Shown here: positions 26,461 to 32,000 of the stretch, piece by piece
How the letters are laid out: every line of letters begins with the position of its first letter
Numbering within the stretch: the first letter of the stretch is position 1
DNA from: Candidatus Saccharimonadota bacterium
GTDB taxonomy: Bacteria > Patescibacteriota > Gracilibacteria > Absconditabacterales > Absconditicoccaceae
Length of the DNA: 32,000 nucleotides
Reading direction: 5' to 3'
Assembly (NCBI GenBank): GCA_030429145.1
Contig: JAUIDC010000001.1
Span: 150,001 to 182,000 of the forward strand
The notes under the pieces: generated by a model
What the model was told of the DNA's origin: nothing
Database searches by the model: none
What the model saw: only the letters and a program-made list of their open reading frames with translations
Made by a program: the position numbers and the translations under genes

Positions 26461-26479
26461 TATGTAGACATATTTCTAC
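26461..26479. promoter_or_regulatory. shared motif copy B: A7-T-TATGTAGAC-N5-TCTAC
   Basis: Same 9-mer and 5-mer with the same spacing and the same preceding A7 run as 23841-23859. It lies between the stop of the 566-aa gene and the ABC transporter operon. Confidence 0.35.
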
Positions 26480-26487
26480 TACATTTC

Positions 26488-26516
26488 GCAAGGGTTAAAT
26501 CCTTGACTTTTTTATT
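26488..26516 (+). terminator. weak terminator-like hairpin (CAAGG/CCTTG + T-run)
   Basis: gCAAGG-gttaaat-CCTTGa followed by cTTTTTTaTTT, downstream of stop 26454. Confidence 0.35.
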
Positions 26517-26559
26517 TATAAGCGTAGCCTTTCGGTATTTATATATTTTTTCTTATTCG

Positions 26560-27705
26560 ATGAAAAAATTACTAGCCGGACTAGCTATCATCTCTGCAAC
26601 TGTCCTTGCGGGATGTGGCATGCAAAATGCAAACAACACAGCAAATGGAGAAACACAGACGGTAAAAGTAGGTATGATAGCTCCTCTTTCAGGACCAGCA
26701 GCAACCTATGGTGAAGACGCTATTCGTGCTTACCAGCTAGCAGCTGAGGAGTTCAACAATTCTCAGAACGACTATATGATTGAAATCATTGCAGAAGATG
26801 GAAAATGTAATGGACAGGATGCAACTGCCGCTGCGCAAAAGTTAGTAAATATCGACCAGGTAAAAGTAATATTAGGTGGACTCTGTAGCGCCGAAACACT
26901 AGCAGCAATGAAAGTAACTGAGCCAGCTAAAGTAGTGCTTGTATCAGCTGCTTCATCTAATCCCGACATCAGTAATGCTGACGACTATGTATACAGATAT
27001 TTCAACGACCTTCTCCAAGGGAAAGCTCTCACTGAGCATCTAGAGAAGATCGGAGCGACAAATGTAGCACTCCTCTATGAGAATACTGACTACTCAGTGG
27101 GTCTTGCTAACGTTATTAAAGATAACAAAGGGGATATGAACATCTATGAAGAGAGATTCGCAGCAGAAGAAAAAGACTTTCCAGCTATCGCTAGCAGAGT
27201 TGCCAGCAGAAGCGAAGTCGATGCTATCGTATATATACCTTCATCAGAAGGTAATGTTGTAAGTCTTCTCAGAGCATTAGACGATGAAGGGTTACTCGAA
27301 AAGCTGAAAGGAAGCGTCCTTACTTCAGAAGTTGGGCTCCCTAACTCTGCTTTAGAAACACTTGGCTCTATGACTGATGGAATCCTTACCACACAACTTG
27401 TAGATTATACAACACTCGGAGACGAATCTATTAGATTCATAGACAAATTTAAGAGTAAGTATACAGTAAATCTCACAGACACTTATATTGCTCTCTACAA
27501 AGAGACTTTTGATATGGCTGTAGACTGAATCACAGATTCTGAATATGGCATCAATGATATGAATGCTTATATGCATAGCATTAATGAGCAGAATCCAAGA
27601 GAAGGACTTGGGAAACAATATTATTTCGACGGCGTAGATGCAGTTAATGCTCTTGGCTTTGTTATGAAAAGAGCAGAAAATGGTACATTAGTAGATAATG
27701 AATAA
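26560..27705 (+). CDS. ABC transporter substrate-binding lipoprotein (Leu/Ile/Val-binding, PBP type 1 family)
   Basis: 381 aa. 'MKKLLAGLAIISATVLAGCG' is a lipoprotein signal. 'VKVGMIAPLSGPAATYGE' and 'KVILGGLCSAE' are typical of LivK/LivJ-like binding proteins. One TGA (27526-27528) reads through to TAA 27703-27705. Confidence 0.8.
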
Positions 27706-28523
27706 TGCTATCATATATTCTTCTTAATACATTAATTTACGGAACAATAGCATTTGGCTTGAGTGCATGTTTTGCCTACGCTAAATATCTCAATGTCACT
27801 CTCGGTAGTTTTATGATACTTTGAACCTATGCACTCAGCAATATTATCCGTCATGGTCTATCGCGGCAAAGTATTGCTGTGCTGCTGGGCGCAGTTATCT
27901 TCTATCTGCTCATCAACTATGTGGTCGTACACTTTTTCTCCAACGAAAGAAAAAGGGATCTCTTCTGACTCATATTCACATTATGAGCAGCGCATCTCAT
28001 AGCAAATGTGAACACACTGCTCTATGGAGCAAATCCTATAAGTCTACAACTAGGCACTATTCCCCTGCGAGTCATAGCAGCCATCATTCTTCTTATCAAT
28101 ATTCTGGTATTCTACGTCTTTCGCAAAACCTATATTGGAGCTATTCGAAGAGGAATTTATACCAATGCTGCTTCTATTCGTGCGATAGGTATCAATACGT
28201 TTCGTATGATCCAAAGTTTTTTGCTTAGCTACCTACCTTTTCTCATAGGTCTTGGTTTACTTATCGCCAACCAGAGTTCACTCAGACCAAGCGACAATCT
28301 TTTCTATATCATTAAAGGTATAGGAATTATGATTATGGTGTGATTGGACAAGAGGGAGTATGTGTATGCAGCCGCGTTGGTATATGTTATATTGGAGTAT
28401 GTATTGTTTATTCAGCTCCAGCTTCCTATTCAATACAAAGAAGCGTTTATCCTCGCTATTATTTTGCTCATTCTCCTCTTTAAACCCCAAGGGTTACTCA
28501 GCACAAGAATGAGAAATATTTAG
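27705..28523 (+). CDS. livH: branched-chain amino acid ABC transporter permease (LivH-like)
   Basis: 272 aa with 4 in-frame TGA; its ATG overlaps the upstream TAA (TAATG). 'LGSFMIL-G-TYAL' matches the conserved LivH N-terminal motif. Polytopic. Ends TAG 28521-28523. Confidence 0.72.
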
Positions 28524-28538
28524 TTACAAGCACAATCT

Positions 28539-29411
28539 ATGCAGTTCTTTCTGTTTCATCTACTCATCGTTAGTATTGTCTATTATATCATCAATACATG
28601 ATTTAAGTTTTTTCTCAAATTGAGATTAACGATTGATTTTTCATTTCTCGCAATCGTGATCTTTGGAGCATATGCTGGTGCACTATTAAACATACATTTT
28701 GGGTTAGGAATTATCCCTGCTATTATCATCTCTCGAATCGGTAGTATTCCATTTACACTTTTGATCTTATATCTTTCACAGCGTTTATCACAAATTTATT
28801 TCGTGGTGGGAACACTGGCACTCTATATGTTCTTCTTCCAGCTAGCAACCAACTGGGAGGGAGTAACAAATGGTGTATTGGGTATTTCTGGTATTGATAG
28901 ACTTCTCCGAGGCAATATAGAGATTGGCGGACTAGAGCCTTATCTCATTTTATCAGTGATTCTGGGCCTGATAATTTTACTAGGATTGATGTACTTCAAA
29001 AAAACATATCTCTACACTATCCTCAAATGACGAGGAGAAAATCACAACGTCCTCAAAGTTCTCGGTGTCAAAATCCCGCTCTACACATTTATATTGATTG
29101 CCATTACTGCACTCTGTGCAGTAGTCGGTGCGAATCTCTATTCGTTCTACTATCTATACATTGATCCAAATAGTTTCTGGTTTACTATGTTGATACTATT
29201 GTTAGTAGTAGCGTTTGTCTCATACAGGATGGGAGAGATTCCGACTTTTTTGACCACATTTGTTATTATCTTTGCATATGAATATTTGAGGTTTTTCAAG
29301 GTGGTCGATCCTGCTCTCCTCGGCTATGTGAGAGAAAGCCTCTTTGGATTAATCATCATGGTCACCTCATTTATCACCTTCCGCAAGACCTCGTTTGGAA
29401 GACAACATTAG
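28539..29411 (+). CDS. livM: branched-chain amino acid ABC transporter permease (LivM-like)
   Basis: 290 aa joined from track ORFs 28620..29030 and 29094..29411 across TGA 29028-29030 (plus TGA 28599-28601). 'GVTNGVLGISGI' and 'VLGVKIPLYTFILIAITALCAVVGANLYSFYYLYIDPNSF' fit the LivM pattern. Ends TAG. Confidence 0.72.
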
Positions 29412-29454
29412 GTGTTTTACAAACTTTTAATTTTATGAATTTTCAATTAAGAAG

Positions 29455-30189
29455 ATGTTAGAAATTCAAAACTTAGAATGGCATATTGGAAACAATCATA
29501 TCATCAACGGCATTGATCTGAAGATCAAAGAGGGTCAGGCGATATGATTGGTAGGTCCAAATGGGTGTGGGAAGACATCTCTGATTAATCTTATCAATGG
29601 ATTTCAAAAGCCACAACAAGGGTCTATCATTTTCGAATGAAAACGCATCACTCAGATGTCTGTCGAGCAAAGATCTCTGCTTGGGATCGGTCGCGTCTTC
29701 CAGAGTTTTGGTATTTTCAAGAACCTAACATTAGAAGAAAATCTGGCGCTCGCATTTGTGCATAAGCTGAAGCGATGGCAAAAGCGGTTGCCACTCAGTT
29801 TTCTCCCCAAAGAGATCAAACAAGAGATAGAAGACATTCTCAAAGAGGTTGACCTCTATACAAAGAGAAAACATCTTGCTGGCTCACTTTCAGGAGGTCA
29901 GATGAGGCTATTGGAGATAGCAAGGCTCTATCTGCAGGATACTAAGCTCTTTCTCCTCGATGAACCGACTGCGGGCGTCAGCCCCAAATTGAAGGGAACG
30001 GTAATCGATTTGTTAAAAAGAATTATCGCAACGGGAAAGACGGTGATCATCGTAGAACATGACTTTGAATTTTTGGGAGAGTTTGTAGACACCATAGTAG
30101 TGATGAATGACGGGAAAGTGATCTTGAAGGGAGATTATGAGGAGATTAAGGATAATCCGAAGTTGAAGGAAGTGTATTTTGGAAAATAA
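29455..30189 (+). CDS. ABC transporter ATP-binding protein (LivG-like)
   Basis: 244 aa. '[17 protein letters not shown]' (TGA 29545-29547), '[13 protein letters not shown]', '[11 protein letters not shown]' and 'IIVEHD'. Second TGA at 29638-29640. Ends TAA. No second (LivF-like) ATPase follows. Confidence 0.85.
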
Positions 30190-30193
30190 AAAA

Positions 30194-30218
30194 AGCCCCG
30201 GATAAGCCGGGGTTTTAA
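30194..30218. terminator. GC-rich bidirectional terminator hairpin
   Basis: A-run, then CCCCGG (30196-30201), loop ATAAG, CCGGGG (30207-30212), then TTTT. It lies between convergent genes. Confidence 0.7.
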
Positions 30219-30229
30219 ATTCTTTCATC

Positions 30230-30685
30230 TTAACTTTCATTAAAGCTCAGCAAAAGCTCTTCATGAGTTTTAATACTCTTTTCTTTCTCTTGAAGTTCTT
30301 TTTTCAGTTTAACTACTGCATCTTTATCTTCAGCAATATTCTCAGAAAGATATGCTTTTACTAGGATATTTGACTTACCATCTTCTATCACAGGGTCTAC
30401 ATATAACAACATATGAAAACCCAATAGAATACCTGCTATTGCCATACCGACCCCAGTAGACGTAATTAACACAAACACAATAGTCATAACAATATCCGTA
30501 TCAGCGACAGGGAGAGATTTGTCCCCTGTATGAGTTGATATAAAAAACACTTCTATAATAAGCGTCAATAATCCAATCACCAATGAAGCTTTATTAAAAA
30601 ACCGTAATTGATTTTCATTTCGCTCTCTCTTTAGATAGTTCTCACGAACGATTTTCTTAATTTCTTGTAATTTGGGATTTTCCAT
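30230..30685 (-). CDS. membrane protein (151 aa)
   Basis: Intact ORF with two or three TM segments and a coiled, charged C-terminus. No TGA. Ends TAA. Confidence 0.55.
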   Translation of the reverse strand: MENPKLQEIKKIVRENYLKRERNENQLRFFNKASLVIGLLTLIIEVFFISTHTGDKSLPVADTDIVMTIVFVLITSTGVGMAIAGILLGFHMLLYVDPVIEDGKSNILVKAYLSENIAEDKDAVVKLKKELQEKEKSIKTHEELLLSFNES

Positions 30686-30726
30686 GATTATATGTTTTTA
30701 ATATTTTTTTATTCAATGTAATGAAA

Positions 30727-30750
30727 TGGCGGAAGCAATAACTTCCGCCA
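30727..30750 (-). terminator. hairpin after the beta-rich protein gene
   Basis: TGGCGGAAG (30727-30735) pairs with CTTCCGCCA (30742-30750) as a perfect 9-bp stem. The T-tail on the minus strand is weak. Confidence 0.45.
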
Positions 30751-30777
30751 TAAGTAAATTCCACGTACATACCAAGC

Positions 30778-31641
30778 TTATAGCGAAATCAATAAGTATG
30801 ATTTCACACTCTTTGTTTCATAGGCATAACCTATACCAAAGAGAGCTTTGAGGTATTTAGCTTGTACAAGCTTAAGGATTCCTCCTTCTAGGCGTACTAC
30901 ACACTTATTGGGCAATGAATAGCCGAAATCTGAGTATAGTAATAAGTGCTGCTTGCGATGAATCATGAACGTGTTGAGGTTGGCAATGGCATCATTGCTT
31001 TTCCAGAGCACAGTTGTGCTAAAACGCTCATTCTTATAGTCGAAGCCTATGCCAGTAGTCTGGGTCTTTACCTGGTAAAAACCGCTAATGCGAAAGTTCT
31101 TTACCGTACCTGACAACTGATACTCAGGCATGTTTTGGCGAAGAGATAATCCTCCACCGATCATGCTATTTTCAGTTGGTAGATATCTGACCATAACTCC
31201 TGGTGCAGCACCTGGGAAGCGACCCTTCGTTGAAGGTTCAAACTGTCCAAAATGTGAAGCGGGATGTGGCCTATGCTGCAAAGCTGTCAGCGTAGGACTA
31301 AAACCTGCATTTACAATCCACTTACGATGAGGAACATACTGAACATAAGCAGTAGCTAGTCCATACGATACTTGTGATATCGTTTCATACTCTGCAAATG
31401 TCCACGAGTAATACGTTAGTTTCTTGCTCATCTTCCAATGAATAGCTGCACCGACACGGGTATACATAAAGTTGTTGAATTGCTTCGTCTCAGGCTGATA
31501 CAAAGCGCCCGACAATACGCCAGCATATACTTTATCTATCATCACCGCGCTGTCACCTACAGGTATATTGGTAAGCTGTGCTTGAACTGTTAATGAACTC
31601 ATGGTGATAACGCACACCAACGCGATAATTAGTCTTTTCAT
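30778..31641 (-). CDS. secreted beta-strand-rich protein, outer-membrane beta-barrel-like (287 aa)
   Basis: Signal peptide 'MKRLIIALVCVITMSSLTVQAQ'. The remainder shows alternating hydrophobic/polar dyads with Gly/aromatic-rich turns ('FRISGFYQVKTQTTGIGFDYKNERFSTTVLWK', 'ALFGIGYAYETKSVKSYLLISL'). No TGA. Ends TAA. The fold is inferred only from sequence pattern. Confidence 0.5.
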   Translation of the reverse strand: MKRLIIALVCVITMSSLTVQAQLTNIPVGDSAVMIDKVYAGVLSGALYQPETKQFNNFMYTRVGAAIHWKMSKKLTYYSWTFAEYETISQVSYGLATAYVQYVPHRKWIVNAGFSPTLTALQHRPHPASHFGQFEPSTKGRFPGAAPGVMVRYLPTENSMIGGGLSLRQNMPEYQLSGTVKNFRISGFYQVKTQTTGIGFDYKNERFSTTVLWKSNDAIANLNTFMIHRKQHLLLYSDFGYSLPNKCVVRLEGGILKLVQAKYLKALFGIGYAYETKSVKSYLLISL

Positions 31642-31814
31642 ATTTTTCTTTTATTTTGGTTTTTGTGTTCATATTATAATACATATCTCTTATCTGTCAA
31701 TTATGTTGATTAACTTTCTGTTGTTTGAAACCACCAACAACCCCCTAAATTTGCGTAATAGCAAAAGTACGAATATACTAGGATATATCTTATTTCTTAC
31801 GATATTTTACGCAC

Positions 31815-32000
31815 ATGGAATCATTACTTTTGACTCTCCAACAGTACGGTCTTTCTGAGAAGGAAGCGAAGGTCTATCTCACTGCCCTGCAACTCGGTTC
31901 AGCGCCCGGCAGCACTATTGCAAGAAATGCAAAAGAGAATAGAGCTACGGTCTATACCATCCTCAAAGAGCTCCAGAAAAAAGGGATCGTCAACGAGATC
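31815..32000 (+). CDS. TrmB-family transcriptional regulator, 3'-truncated by window edge (paralog of 23914..24687)
   Basis: 'MESLLLTLQQYGLSEKEAKVYLTALQLGSAPGSTIARNAKENRATVYTILKELQKKGIVNEI' aligns by eye with the N-terminus of the first TrmB-like protein. Confidence 0.7.
   Translation, partial: MESLLLTLQQYGLSEKEAKVYLTALQLGSAPGSTIARNAKENRATVYTILKELQKKGIVNEI

Noticed and set aside
1-32000. UGA = Trp (translation table 4, Mycoplasma-like) as the alternative explanation for in-frame TGA.
   Set aside because: The TGAs fall on invariant Gly of P-loops, GQDPYH, GPEGG and LSGG-adjacent motifs. Trp is incompatible with these positions.
1-32000. Search for CRISPR arrays, rRNA genes, transposases, integrases or phage modules.
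   Set aside because: No regularly spaced direct repeats, no rRNA-like conserved blocks and no recombinase-like ORFs were seen on either strand. The only tandem or dispersed repeats are those reported above.

Overview
AT-rich bacterial chromosomal segment that is only coherent under translation table 25 (UGA = Gly), the code of Gracilibacteria/BD1-5 and Absconditabacteria/SR1 in the Candidate Phyla Radiation. The supplied standard-code ORF track is therefore fragmented. By hand count, about 70 in-frame TGA codons lie inside 24 of about 39 genes. Many sit on family-invariant glycines: Walker A 'GPNGSGKS' and 'GPNGCGKT', SufC 'GFSGGE', Ung 'GQDPYH', RsmE 'GPEGG', YchF 'VKGASKGEG', MTase 'GSAVGYS'. 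After re-stitching, every gene ends in TAA or TAG. Left to right the window holds: a partial unknown CDS, lgt, two small unknown ORFs, sufC, an unknown CDS, and a stand-alone OLD-family ATPase+Toprim nuclease (642 aa, 5 UGA). Next come a Lys/Ala-repeat histone-H1-like protein, the minus-strand run rsmE-ung-tdk-rnj, an O-methyltransferase, an unknown CDS, and a secreted protein with a VirB2/TrbC-like C-terminus. These are followed by yqeY, a short SPFH-like protein, tRNA-Leu(GAG), a type IV pilin-like protein, a sigma-70-region-4/HTH protein and ychF. The centre has two UGA-rich unknown genes, a divergent membrane/lipoprotein cluster ending in a DUF59 (SufT-like) gene, and a small RHH protein. 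After that come dnaK with CIRCE-like operators, a secreted unknown protein, a TrmB-family regulator and a 566-aa unknown membrane protein. The window ends with a Liv-type ABC transporter (binding lipoprotein, two permeases, one ATPase), a membrane protein, a signal-peptide beta-rich (barrel-like) protein and a second, partial TrmB paralog. No rRNA, CRISPR array, transposase or integrase was seen. I could not identify a clearly novel multi-gene system. The best candidates for follow-up are the recoding itself, the stand-alone OLD nuclease, the central UGA-rich unknown operon, the TrmB-linked unknown gene with a shared operator-like motif, and the barrel-like protein in a lineage expected to be monoderm. 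All family calls come from motif recognition by eye; no database search or computation was run.
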